Shown piece by piece: positions 21,361-34,899 of a stretch of 63,747 bases of DNA. The stretch is taken from the NCBI RefSeq assembly GCF_001194135.2, contig NC_068989.1, forward strand, positions 37,576,186 through 37,639,932, in the 5' to 3' direction. Each line of letters starts with the position of its first letter. Within the stretch, counting starts at the first letter, position 1. The DNA comes from Octopus bimaculoides. Its lineage: Eukaryota. The notes beneath the pieces are model-generated. The model saw nothing but the letters and a program-made list of their open reading frames with translations. It ran no database searches and was not told the DNA's origin. The position numbers were made by a program, and so were the translations under genes.

Positions 21361-24042
21361 TGAATAGTTTACCCATATTTCCCAGTGATGTTCAACTCCA
21401 TGAGTTTTTAGTTTCATTCTCAGTAAATTTATATATAACACTAAGTAATTTTAAAAGACTAAATAATATCAGTTGTGCTATTTATTATTTTAAATATTGG
21501 CACCCACTATTTCAGTTTACGTATATGGACATGATGTAGACATTAACACTGAAACCGGAATGAATGTCTGACAATCAATTTTTCTGTATCGCATAAATAC
21601 AAAGCGGTAATCTTGCACTTCAAGTTTTTTTAACTGAGTAGTGAACAAACGCTTTAAAAGTTGACTGTTTTCTATTGACAAAAACGTCTTCTTTTTTCAC
21701 AAACATAAAATCGCATTCCTAATTTACTGGCTGACTGTTATTTAGAAGTGAGCAATGGAACTGCTCAGACAGATATTTCAGCATTCATGTTGAGCAGACA
21801 GAATTTGTAAATAATATGACTTGCACGAAGGAACTGTCCCCTATCTTTTGTTGGCCTTTCCACAAAGACAAAGTCAAAGGCGTTGATGTTCAACTTAAAC
21901 TTCTCAATTTGATGTATGAACGAAGAACATGAATTGAGGAAGAATTGTTGAGAGATGTATGAAATATCTTGAGAAAATGACTGGGTGACGGGTTTACCGT
22001 AGAAGCTGAATGTTGAGATAAAGTAGTAATGATGACAGCATTAGAACCTGGATGTAGGTGGTATGCAGCTAGCTACTTCAGAGAAGCAGGGAGCGTTGTA
22101 CAGAAGGCAAAGACAAAAAGCATGCCAGGTTGTAGTGCAACTACAATTTACTAATCAGCTGGAAACAAAAAGTTGTGGCATTTATGCCTTTCATAATAGT
22201 AAATATTACAAAAGGGAAATGCCACCGATTTTGGCTTTGCCAAGGACCCGCGAACATAACTGCTTTATCGTCTACTTTGTTCATGCTAGTCAGTTTATTG
22301 AAATTTTGAGGTGGAAATAAATTTTCAAAGATATGTGTTAAATCGATATAAACTTATCCCAAATTGCTTCATCTAAAATTTCCTGCTCTCTTTGGATGAA
22401 TACCTTTCTTATTTGTACTCTACTCTCAACGTTTCGCAACATTTTGGCATTAGTTTGTGTTTGTTTCCATTCCAAAATAGTTTCACAGTTTGTTTGAACA
22501 ATAAGCTTCTTGCTGTTTTCACGTTATAATATGTTTTTGTCTTGAATCATACTCAAGTGCGCTATTATTTGAATACTGGCCTTGCAGATTGAGTTTGACA
22601 GTGTTAACAGAAAATAAAAATCAAGATAGCGGACTGGCTTTTAGCTAAACAAAAGTGTTGCACTCGTTAATGTTCTCCTTCTTCCTACCATCTCCTTTCG
22701 TTTACGCTCTTAATTCTTTGAGGAATAGCAAAAACGTCAAAAAAATTTACAGAGACATCTCGAATAGGAGCGCGGCATTATGGCTATGTAAGAAATAATA
22801 TTCTTCAAGTGTTGATTAAAATATGTAACTGTAATATATTGGTTCAATTTAATCAATTATAACTTTTCTCGCACAAAAGTTGGGCTTATATCTTCTCAAG
22901 AGAATTCATATTTCTTATTGTTCTAGTAGTTTTTGTAGTTGTTATTATATAATTATTCTTTCTAAGAATGATGTTCTCATAATATGATGGGTATGTATAT
23001 CGTCAGAATACAAGTGAAATTGATTAAGTGTGACAGTATCAACGGAACATTGTAAAAATAACGGTTTAACTTATAGTTAAACTAAAATGGCGTTCTTATC
23101 TCTGAGCTAACTGAGAGAAGTATGAACATTTCAACGTCTGTTTCTCTCGTATATTTAAATCACAAGAATTGATAATCCCCTTCACAGTTTATAAAATATG
23201 TACCATAATATATTGGCTCTTCCTCCTACAAATTTCTGAAATCTATAATTTTATAGTTGAGCAGAATAAGATTTCATGAGTTGCATGATTTTTATGAAAA
23301 CTATGGGAATTATTGTTGTTGTTTATCCGTAAGTCTTCCCTAATCAAACATTCTTTTGTAAAAGATCTTCCGCACGGCACCATCTATTTTCTTGTTTTCT
23401 TTTTAGGTATATCATTGGCCTATGTAATCTTTATTTAAGATGGTAATGTAACACTTAATAAAGAATTATTTGTTATTTCTAGTAGTTGAAACATCTACGT
23501 TCTTCATGCAGGGACAGTAAATCAAATACCAGTAATGTTTATAAATAAATGTAGCTTCAACTGGGGAAAGTTTATTGTAGCCCTACGGTAACTAAAGGTA
23601 TTCAAGCTCTGACCAACACATAATTTTTTCTAGTATAGGGAGTACCTGAGTGGGCTGGCATGAACATAACCAGCTTCGAAGGGAAGAATGGATTAAAGTG
23701 GCGGCAGAAGAGGCAGTAAAAAAGGACAGCGTATCTGTAGGCCAGAGAATCGAGCATGTAGAATGACTTAATACCAATCAAGTTGATAGCCATTTTCTGG
23801 TTGTGGTTCTGCAATGTCTGTTTGTGCAGCAGCTTCACCGTCCTAGAAGAGAGAGCAATACGTCATTGTGGAATTAGAATGAATGATGTGATTTAAGGGA
23901 ATTCTTATGTTTGACAGGTCGAGCGAACACATAGAGGTTTCCTCGTTGGAATATGTATCTCTAGGTCACTCAGTACGATATCAGGAATATATTGCATTCT
24001 TTAGAATAAAAATTCGGGAAATCATTCGAGTAAAACTTTAGG

Positions 24043-25884
24043 TGAGTTCTGATCAATTTTGATAAATCTAAAGCACTCGATAAGATCGACCATCGTTACT
24101 TGGATATAATCCTGAAATTGGCCGTGTTCGGACCCATTTTCAGAGGTTTGTTCGCTGCAATACATAGCGGTAACTGCTCAGTGGTCAAAGAAGACGGTTA
24201 CCTATCGGAACAGTTCGCATCGCACGCTCTGTCCATCAGAGCTGACCACTGTCACGTCTTCTGTACGTACTGGCTTTCGAGCCACTGCTGCTGAAACTGG
24301 AACAGCTGAGGAGCATTCCTTTCGAACTGAGAGACAGAAGAGCAGTGTCGACGTACGCGGACGATATCACCGTCATGGTATCAGATGCCTCTGAAACGAA
24401 GACGGTCGGCACCATTCTAAAGGAATCGAATCGGTGACAGGGGCTAAAATCAACACCGACAAGTCGGTAGGTTTGAGGGTGGGCATCTGGAGAGGCAGGT
24501 ACATGTTATCGGACAGCATCGTTAAACGTTGGACTGGTCCAGCCCTTATCCACCTCCAGATGTATAAGAACCGGGTCACCTCTGAGGTGACGAATAAAGC
24601 GGCCATTCTTACTCAGAAATAGGCAGAGAGGAAGTTGTTTCTGAAATGTCGGGCAGAAGTGGCGAATGCCTACACCGCCTCCATTATTATTCATCACCAG
24701 GCCATTGTGTCTTGTCCCGGCAATTGCTTGATCAGGCTGGAACGCCTTGAGAAAATGTCACGCTGTAATGGTCAGGCAGTCAGTCTACTGCCAGCACCCT
24801 CTGAGTGGTGCTTAGGCATGCCGTGGTTGCTGATGCCCAGATATGCGCTGAGATGGCGCCACCCACAACGATTCCTGGACAGCGAACATGTGTGAGCTCT
24901 GTTCGTGAGATTGGTCTTTTCGTTCCTCGTGTCCTTGACGGAACTGCAGTCTTGGGTGAAGGAAAAACTGATACTTGGAACCTGATACCCTGAGTGTCAT
25001 TAGGCGCTCACAGCCCTCTACCAGATGGGCAACGGCGTCGGTGGATGTTACACTCTAGCAATATATAGTGGAAAGGAAGTATGACGACGTTCTCGAGATG
25101 ACTCTGGGCGTTGAAGAAAACGTCTACAGGCTTCGTAGTAAAGTCATCCGCACCTGCCCGAAAAGAACGCGGAAGTTTCTTTCAACACGCATTCATACAA
25201 TGCTCGAACAGTGTTGACTTGTAAAGTTAAGTGGAACACCTGCTGTAGCGTGATGGAGGGATCTGGCTATCCGTCGTCTCCATCGTGAAGATCACCCCGC
25301 TTCCTTCCTTTAGCCAGGAAAAGCTGACAGTTTTTCTCAGTCTGGTGGCTATAGAAAAAGACGTTGTGTATTGGATGCAACTTAAAGGCTTGAAGGCAGA
25401 TACTTTCCTCTCCAGCAAAGCCCTCATCAACTTTTATTTTCAGGCTCAGTTTGGAGTAGGAAGTGAAGTTGGGGAGAGAGGTACGGTCTCCTAGTAAATT
25501 TGTTGAATGGTGAATGTAGCGAGAAAGACCCAAGCAAATGAACTTACTCAAAGCATGAACCTGTCGGCTGGAATTTATGGAGAAGAGAGGAGCAATTTCC
25601 ATGGTGCTCAATGAGTTGATAGGAAGAAGCAGCCGGAACACAAAGCAGCCACATTTAGTGATTACTGTTTATTTTTGAAAAATTTTCATCGCAAATTCGG
25701 GGCCTGTGGGTCTCCTTAGTTGCTCGTGGGTGACGCTACTCCTATTGGGGAATTTTATTGTTTGTAATTTTTATAAATTCTGATAGTTTTATTGTTTACA
25801 TGTTTTATGCAACCCTCACCGCTATCCTTTGTCTTGTATCGTCCTTTTGCTTGATGTGCAGATCTTGTGACCTATAAAGAAAGA

Positions 25885-25885
<1 letters not shown>
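24043..25885 (+). mobile_element. Tx1/L1-clade non-LTR retrotransposon, 5' truncated, decayed
   Basis: 'LINFDKSKALDKIDHRYL' (D..KAFD.V.H.YL), 'YADDITV' at ~24353 and 'ESVTGAKINTDKS'. The 3' UTR is followed by a (TAT)n/(TGT)n tract. Confidence 0.88.
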
Positions 25886-26094
<209 letters not shown>

Positions 26095-26530
26095 AAGGCG
26101 GCGAGCTGGCAGAATCGTTAGCACGTCGGGCGAAATGCTTAGCCGTATTTCGACCGTCGCTACGTTCTGAATTCAAATTCCGCCGAAGTCGACTTTGCAT
26201 TTCATCATTTCGGGGTCGATAAATTAAGTACCAGTTGCGTACTGAGGTCCATGTAATCGACTACCCTCTCTCCGAAATTTCAAGCCTTGTGCCTATAATA
26301 GAAAGGATTATTGTTATTAAGTTGGCAAGGTGGCGCAATCATTAGGAAGACAAAATGCTTAGCGACATTTCGTCTTCTTTACGCTGTGAATTCAAATTCC
26401 GCCGAAGTCGACTTTGCTTTTCAATCTTTCGGGGCCGATTTGAATAAGTACCAACTGAGTACTGCGGTCGATGCAATCGACTTACTCACACCGCTCAAAA
26501 TTACCGATCTTGTATCAAAAATTTGAAAGC
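26095..26530 (+). mobile_element. Two tandem SINE family A copies
   Basis: The well-preserved copy at 26095-26308 has A-box-like TGGCAGAATCG, B-box-like TTCAAATTCC and tail gaaaggattatt. A more diverged copy follows. Confidence 0.92.
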
Positions 26531-27119
26531 ATTGCAATTATTCTCTTCAGATCGATAAAGTAACTATCAGTGATAATACTTATTTAATTGAATAAATATA
26601 TGTATTTATCATTAGTCTAAGGCGAAGTCAAGATGTCAACATAACATTTGATTTAATAAAATATCATAAAATTCTATAGTTAATTCAACTATTCATAAAC
26701 CTATTATAAATTCCATTCGTATTTATGACCTCTTCCATGCTTCTCGAAATTTTTCTTTTATTCTCTCCAACACCGCTATCTTCTTCAGCTTTTCTCTTTT
26801 CCTTTACATGATTTTCTCCATTTCTTCTTCAATCGATTTTCTCTTTTATATTCGTTCCTTTCTTCTCGCCATGCTAACTACCTGTTGACAAAATCCATAT
26901 CGTTGACCGCTTAGCCTTCAGCATTTGTTCCTTTTCTCTTTAATTCCAAATTTCTTTTATTTCTCTGGTTTAACTTCAACACATGTTGACACCCTACTTC
27001 TTTGTACGTTGCCATACTGTGATGATGTGCCTCACTCCACTCTTTCCTTCGCCTTGTCTTCTCCTTTGTATCTTTCTTTCTCCCTTTTTCTCTCTCAAAA
27101 CCGCGCACGTGCGCTTACA

Positions 27120-27166
<47 letters not shown>

Positions 27167-27535
27167 AATCGTCAGAAAAAGAAAAAAATTCGTCAGAATT
27201 CCAATATCAAACACCCTACTTTCCCCTTAAAATCAATTAATATATATTAAATTTAAGTAGAAATGTTTCATGAAAATACAAAGAAAATGTCTGTGAAATA
27301 TAGTAAGAACGGTTAGTATGGAACTTCTCGTCAAAGCTAAACACTGAATATGGAGCAAAAATGCAAATAGAATATTTTACAACTCGTCATAGTTAAACGT
27401 TTATAATTCTGTAATTTAAAAAGATGGTGACTAAACGGAGGAACGAGTGTTGAGTGCGCGATCTGAGAGCGAAGTGAGAGAAGATCGAAGAAAAGAGGAA
27501 ATTGTTTTGTCAGATAGATCTGGGAGATGATGGTA

Positions 27536-27757
27536 CGCAACTAGCTATTTCAAAGTTAGCTAGTTCGCAGTTAATTAGTTCGCAGCTAACTAGTTCACAC
27601 CTAGCTAGTTCACAGTTAGCTAATTCACAATTACCTACATCATAGCTAGGTAGCTCAAAACTAGCTAGTTTGCAGCTAGCTTATTCACAACTAGCTAGTT
27701 CGTAGTTAGCTACTGCCCAGTTAGTTATTTCATAGCTTGCTGCTTGCTAGTTCGCAG
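27536..27757. repeat. 15-bp minisatellite (~14 units, consensus GYTAGCTAGTTCRCA)
   Basis: gttagctagttcgca gttaattagttcgca gctaactagttcaca cctagctagttcaca ... Confidence 0.9.
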
Positions 27758-27779
27758 AGATGAAACATATTCACAGCGT

Positions 27780-28570
27780 TCATCGAATGGGAGAGAATGG
27801 TGAATCCATCAAAGCCACCCCAATAACAAATGAATATGCATATCGGTCTCTGTGCGAAGAACAGACGGTAGGCCTGAGTGTCCGTGGAATGAAATTCTCT
27901 GATTGCGACATGAAAAAAAAAAAGAAGCTATATGAAGACTTTGATGGGTGAGCAGTAACACGTTGTACTAACAGATAAGACGTCGGAAAAACAAATGCCA
28001 AGGTCATCTGCATACTACTATTTAAATGAGGATTTTGCATAGGCTCTTGTACCAAATGCCAGAATTTCAGCTTGCCACCCAGAAATGCGAAAGAGGAACT
28101 GGAGAGACTAGATATTATCATAGTCGAAAAGCTAAATGAGCTGATATGAACGAGTATGGTAGAACACAAATTAGCCACATTTGATGATATTGTTTATGCA
28201 ACCTGTAGGGACACTTGTTCGGGAAAACTGCCAAGAGAAAAACACTACCTCATTAATCCCGGGGCTAACCAGAGATGAATAACATGCAATGGAAGAAAAG
28301 GGATTTCAAAAACCAGTTGAATATTAAATCGGACTTTGAGATCTAGGGGCAAAGTTAATATTTGAATTCTAGCTAAATTATGCTAGGTATTTTGTCAGAC
28401 GCAGTATATATCGTTGCATCTAATCCCAACTTTGCTTGCCAACTCACAATCCCTTCTATAGCGGTTTTCGAGATACCAGAGTGGATGCTTACCCTACCAG
28501 CAAACTAGATGATAACAGATTCATGTATATACCAGAGAGGCAAATGATAGGGAAACGATAGATTTCCTGA
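27780..28570 (+). mobile_element. Very decayed R4/Dong N-terminal region
   Basis: Fragments resembling the N-terminal regions of the 2745-4850 and 38290-40275 elements; many stops. Confidence 0.4.
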
Positions 28571-28739
28571 ACGGTGCTTATTTTTCTGAGGCAGTTTATG
28601 CAATATATGTTTTGTGTGGTTTAACCGTTAATAATTTTAATTAATTTTGTATTGCAACGCAACTTAAAGGAACCGAAACATAGGAATCATATTATCTTAA
28701 TGTCTGATTATTGTTTCCGCCCATTCCAATGATTGCTTA

Positions 28740-29700
28740 TCCAATACACTTTTTATGTCTTTTATAAATTGGCCATGCATTAATTATCCATTCCCTTTAT
28801 CTTTCTTCTACTGTTCCAATAATCATTTCAATACATCCATCACTCAGACTTCACCACTGTTCTTTCTGTAGCAACTACGATGGTCTCGCTCATTCTTATA
28901 CAGTTTTAGCAGCTTTTCAACCGTCTTCTAGCTCTGCTTCTTTGAAGATAACTTCTATAGTCATAACTTTTTGGGTGATATAGTGCGCCATTTATAGCCA
29001 TTGTCTTTCGTGCTTTAACATCAAGCCTTCTAATCTCTTTTGATAATCCCAGCTCCATACTTCATCATCGAAAGCTAAATGTATATTGTCATAATCATGT
29101 TTTTTTTCTTTTTTTATGCAAATTAAATTTGCTTTTTAAGACCAACTACCTTCTAAAATATTCATTTTCAAATGCTCTTTTCGTTTTAAATTTCTTTCAT
29201 CTTATCTGTTTTGATTAAATGTTTATATTGACTGTTCTCTGTGTTTACGTATTTGTATCTACTGTCCTCTATATCTACCTTCATCTTCCCTATCCTGTCA
29301 GATAATACCATTTTCTTCTCTAATCCCGAAATCCATCCCTATGAGATGAATATATAAACTCGCACATCCATTTGATCTTTGCTCTTTCTACACTTCTTAA
29401 GATCATCGCTTTATTGTTAAAAGCTTATTTTGGAGATTGTTTTACCCATTTTCTTAAAACCAATGTTAAAGGTATCATGCATACCACAAACAGTAGTACT
29501 ATCTTAATTTGAACATTCCTTCCAGTTTTTGATGCTTCAAAGTCACATTTTCTGCGTGGATAGTTACATACATCTATCATCCGCAAGTAGATAATAGCTG
29601 CATGACGATTCTTTGTGTATTTTAATGTATTTTTCGGGGACATTGTAGGGGCGATCAATGAGAAAATGCATGTAATCGAAAGGGGCTAGTATAGACTTAC
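28740..29700 (-). mobile_element. R4/Dong RT fragment, decayed
   Basis: 'LLFVVCMIPLTLVLRK', 'MMKYGAGII', 'RKTMAINGALYHPKS' on the minus strand. Confidence 0.75.
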
Positions 29701-30057
29701 AAGTTCTTATGACCCCCATAAAAGCACAACGCTTTGCCAAAATTATGTCTATTCGTGGACGCAGAAATACGATTAGTCAGATAGGCAGTGCAGCACTGAA
29801 GACTTTGTTATACATGTTCAGTAAAAGTCACGTGAAGGTTTCCTCTTGAAGACTTTTACAAATCAAATGAACAACAACTATAACAGCAGGATCCGAAACA
29901 CTGTCTCAAGAACTCACCAGAAACCTGAGAGTCCCATTCCTCTAGCCATTTTGCGAGTGAGGGAGACAGATGAAAATGTGGCCATAGTAACATCAGTAAG
30001 TCTTAGTCCCCAAATAATAACCACCAACAGCATTACTCCATTTTCTTGTGACGTGAG

Positions 30058-30107
<50 letters not shown>

Positions 30108-30665
30108 GATGATGATGATGATAATGATTGTGGAGAAAAGTTCCCAAACTGTCAAAAGGACCATCAAGCGTAAAAAAGAGAGAAAAGGTCCCCAAAGAAA
30201 ATAGGGGTGCACATCAATTGAAAAATGTAAAATCAGACGAGAAGGAACTCAATCATCAAATCAGCAATGTTTCCCTTCCTCAAACGATAATAGGACAATG
30301 AATTGAAATTCGTCTTCCTTCAATGATAAACAAACATCTTATAGACATATCTGTAATGCATTGAAAGCTAAGAGATATTGGAAGAACCGGAGGATGGTAA
30401 AAATATAACAATATCTTGAAGACATGGGTTGTTATATATACCATCTCACTTAAAAAGTGCTATGGATCCCTTTAGGGTTCGAGACTACAGGATGTACAAT
30501 GGCGAACGAGTAGAGGTGCAAGGCACTCTAATCCGACCTATCCAGTGGCTTCTCACCAGCGTGTGATTAAATAAGTACGAGTTGAACATTAGGGTCGACT
30601 TAATTGATTTATCCCATACTCCTAACTGGCTGGCCGTGAATCAGTATTAAGGTACTATTATATAT

Positions 30666-30960
30666 ACTAGCTGGCCCCTGCTGTCAAACATGTCGGCTAA
30701 TTTTATACATCAGGTAAAAAACCAGGTTTTTAGTTTAATAATTATTTTGTTACCAAATTCTTAATATAACTTTCAACTGCAGTCTTTTCTTGATACACTC
30801 AGGCAATAATTATTTTCAGCTGTTTTCGTTACGCTAGTGCCTGCCATACGAGCACCAACGATTTGACCTCTTTGAAAGTTCGATAGATCTGTCATTTTAA
30901 TGAATTTTAGTTATCTTTTTCTCGCGATATCTGAAAAGAAACAGCAATTTTAGCAAAACA
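30666..30960 (-). mobile_element. Possible Helitron 3' terminal fragment
   Basis: Ends in ...CTAG|T on the minus strand ('tatactagctggcccctg') with a GC-richer subterminal segment. Confidence 0.3.
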
Positions 30961-30966
30961 TATTAA

Positions 30967-32290
30967 CCCTTGGTTTACCAGAGAAAATGTATGTCACTAA
31001 TTACCAACAGGGTCCAATGGACCCAATATTTTTCTCTTAATTAAATTTTATTCAAGCCACCACTATTTCTTAGCTACCTTATATATGCCTTCAGGTGAAT
31101 GAAGAATTAGTTTCTCACAAATTTTAATAAAAGAAAATACAGCTCACAGGATATATTATAAATTTTTAAAATTACAAAAGTACAGAATTACAGCTCTTCA
31201 TGGCAGTGAATGCAGAGAACATTGGAACGTTCTTGGCAAACATGGATTTACAATTCTTACTTGTTGTATGAGTTCTGCTGTCTTTTTCAGGGCCACACAA
31301 AGGACATCTTTCCTTTTTTCTTTGGCTGAGGAATCTCAAATGAGGTTGAAGTACGTCTTCTTTTCTTGTTAGAACTAGAAGATTGTTTGTTGTAGTCTTG
31401 TTTAGCATTAACTCCAGCAAGTTCCTTTCGTAACTAAATTAAACACTGTCTTCTTTTATCCTTGAAACTTTGCAAGTGAAGCTGTTTAGCAACAATGAAA
31501 GCATTCACTGCGCTTATATCAATCATGTAGAATAAAACGATAGGCCATCTTCGAGTCATTGTTTTGCAAATGTATGTCCTTACCATCTTATCTAGGGTAT
31601 CCACTCCTACTTTTGTTTTGTTGTAACATGTAATAACTTCAGGTTTCTTTTCAGCACTTTTCGAATCAATTGAAGGCTGGGAGTGTATTGTACTCATAAG
31701 TGTGACAACATAATTTTTCTTGGGACAATAAGATAGGATCATAGAATCCTTTTTAAATCCAAATATTGTGCTGTTGATTTTTCTTTCTTTTCCATTTGTG
31801 AAAGCACTTGGAAGTTCAACTCTATTCTTTCTAATTGTATCAACTAAAGTAGTTTTCTTGCTAAGCAGCTTTCGAGCCAATCTTAGACTTGAAAAATATT
31901 ATCGCAAGTTATATTGCGACCAGTATTTTCAAGTTCTTTTACTAGGTTTTCAACAAATCTTGAACTTTGACTTGTCTTTTTCCCTTTTACTGGGGTTTTT
32001 CCAGTATAGATTTGCATTTTCCAGGCATAAGATGTTTCACTGTCGCATATTGCCCAAATTTTAACTCCATATTTCCCTGGTTTTGAAGGAATATATACCC
32101 GGAATGGGTATGTTTATCAGCTGTCATGTATGAACTTGGAACATATCCATCTTGCAAATTCTGAATCCACATTTCAAATACTTCTCTTATGGGCTCCATT
32201 TTATCATCACTTTTCTTTTTTCGTTTTTCACTAGCATCATCAAAACGCAATACTTGTAAAATCTGACCAAATAGTTTTCAAAATTTTGGA
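30967..32290 (-). mobile_element. piggyBac (PGBD4-like clade) transposase remnant with 3' TIR at TTAA|CCCTT
   Basis: LRFDD...EPIREVFE, TIRKNRVELP, KKPEVITCYNKTKVGVDTLDKM, TRRWP..LFY.MIDISAVNAFIV and a C-terminal Cys-rich remnant. TTAA at 30963-30966. Confidence 0.92.
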
Positions 32291-33394
32291 AACCAAAACC
32301 AACATTTTAAAATCTTAACTTAGCCGGATAATTTGATAAATCGTGATAAAATAAATTGTAAAAGCATAAAATCAGGAAGTATGAATATATATTTATTTAA
32401 CCACGTATGACTATATATTTATTTAACCACATAACTTTCATAGGATTACAGCCGTTTTGCAAACTTTTTCGTGTAGTAAGAATTTCAGTATGGAAGAAAA
32501 TGTGGGTACATGTTTACGTTAATATGTATGTGTACTCAGCATTTTACAGTACAACTATTCATTCACAAATTAATGCAAATAAAGAATTCTAACTCATCAA
32601 ATCACCAGAATATCATGGTTACACCAGTAATAATAATTCTTCGATTTTTTGTCCCAGTAGGTTCTGAGATACTAAAAGGACATTCAAACAACTAAACATA
32701 CAGGATAGCAACAAAGGTACCCATATGTTTGATGGTTGGATATGCCAGATAAGCGAATGATGTTAAAAGCACAATTGGTCTTTTGTATGTAGTTGGTTTT
32801 CAGTTAGCTTCTATGAAACTATAGATATTCTGAGAAAGACGAGCATCGGCAGTAATATAAATAGATAAATAAAAAAAACGATCTATTGCTAAGATTTTGC
32901 CTCACATAACATTGAACAATGGTATTATATAAAATATACATCAGCGGTGCTCAGTCATATTTTCCAAAGATATCATTAACTCAATTATTATCTCGGCTAG
33001 AATAATTAAATTGATAATGACAGAATTAATAATATAGGCGATTGCAGGCCCCAAAAAGCCATTAAATAGCTGAAGGATTAAAATTTATATTAACCAAAGG
33101 ACCTTCTGAGTATGTCTGCCTTCTGGAAATAACAGTTTAAACCGCCGAAAATAACAGACAATAACTACAGAAATCAACCGTCTGCGAGCATACGGGTTAA
33201 GAAAATCATTCAACATACCAATATAGCATCCAGCTATATGTATATTTTCTAGTATTTGGACTCACGTGGACCGGTTTTGGACTGGTATTGTAGCCTCACC
33301 CCTCTCAGCATGTGTTACCACGATGAAAAAATCCCCCAGCCCGTCACGTTATTGTCAGTGTTACTTTTCGGAGGCGTTAGAGTTGCAAGAGTTG

Positions 33395-33543
33395 TAGGAC
33401 TGCTTCGAACAGTGGAAAATGCGTCTGGACCGATGCATTGCTTCAAATGGAGAATACTTTGAAGGCGATAAAAATGTACACATGTAAAACTAAGTGAATA
33501 AAATAATATTGCAGAATTCAATTTCCTTTGGGTGCCCTCTCGT
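33395..33543 (+). mobile_element. mariner 3' end fragment with TIR
   Basis: 'CFEQWKMRLDRCIASNGEYFEGDK' followed by TIR-like 'ttcctttgggtgccctctcg' + TA. Confidence 0.8.
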
Positions 33544-34326
33544 ATATATACGCTTGTCTTCCTCATAGTTTCCATTAACCAAATTTCTTTCAGAAGATAT
33601 TAGTCAATCTTAGGTTGTGATACAAGACACTTCTTCAAAGTGCTTCACCACAATTGTTGGAGATACGACTCCAGAGTACCGTGGTTACGGTACAACCTTC
33701 TTAAGCACTGTATCTGAACTTTTCCTTCATTTTCCATAGCTTTTTAACAATTTCTTTCCAGTAGGGACGCGATTTCCACGTGAAACGTCGACAACAATAT
33801 GTAACATGAATAGATTTATTGTAAGATTTATTGCATTTATTTTATAAAATATATCTAGTTCTCTTTCTGTTTCTGATTCTACCAGCTCGCCATCCTAAAA
33901 TTAAAAAAATATTAGTTGAAATAAAAGTTAAGTACGACATCCAACTAACCGAGAGAATCCTAGTCGTTCCACTGACGACTTAGGTGCCATAGGTCGGTTT
34001 GCTCAATCAAGATTGATTTAGGTCTACATAACCGCCATCACCACCACCGTCACCACCATCGACACCACCACTACCATCGCAACAACAACAATTAAGTTTA
34101 TCGTCCGTATCATATCCATTTTTTTTTTATTAGATTATTTATCTGTTTGGTTTTTCAAGCAAAATGCATACAGGAAATAAGACAAACCTGTAGAATAAAG
34201 GATTTTTTTTTGTCTTCCTTCGTATCTTACTCTCTGTCCCTTCCGTACCCGCTTTCCCCTTCTCCCTCATTTTCTTTGTCTGTTTGCGTGTCTGTTTCTC
34301 TCTCTCTCTCTATCTCTCTCTCTCTT

Positions 34327-34374
<48 letters not shown>

Positions 34375-34899
34375 ACTCCTACTCTCTTTCTCATTTGGAT
34401 ATCTTTCTGCATATCTCTCCTCCTCCTAAATTGCACAAACAACGTAATAGATAGTACAATTTCCAATAATGTTACCGAGTTAATGATCTGTAGAGTATAG
34501 AATTTTAAACGAAATGTGTTTGTTTATGTATTAAAAATTGAATCTTTAAATACCAAATAAAAAGAAAAACGAAAAGCTAGATGTCTATCAGCAACGAAAC
34601 TTATACATAAATATGCATAGCTTTTATTTATAAAACGGCTACAAAGCCTGTAACGTGATAGATGAACCTGCTAGAAATAGCTGCTAAAACCTTCCCAAAT
34701 TACATTCTAGAAGGAAAAATACATTATGATACAATATGCATCATAATAAACAGGATGGTCATAGATTGAACACCTTTTATCATTACAAATTTGAGCGAAA
34801 TCCGTTGAAATTGGTAAACGGTTGACTGAAAATGGGTTGCAGGCAATTTGGTTGGGAAATCCCATAAGGAATCGGTTTATCAATTTTTATCCTGATTGA

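Noticed and set aside
22120-22270. THAP-like starts ('MPGCSA', 'FAKDP')
   Set aside because: Pieces lie in different frames and the C2CH signature cannot be assembled.
27536-27757. CRISPR-like periodic array
   Set aside because: Contiguous 15-bp units without unique spacers, no cas genes, and a eukaryotic context.
33755-33795. GAAACGTC preceded by an imperfect hairpin (hammerhead-like)
   Set aside because: No CUGANGA-type core and stem II is mismatched.
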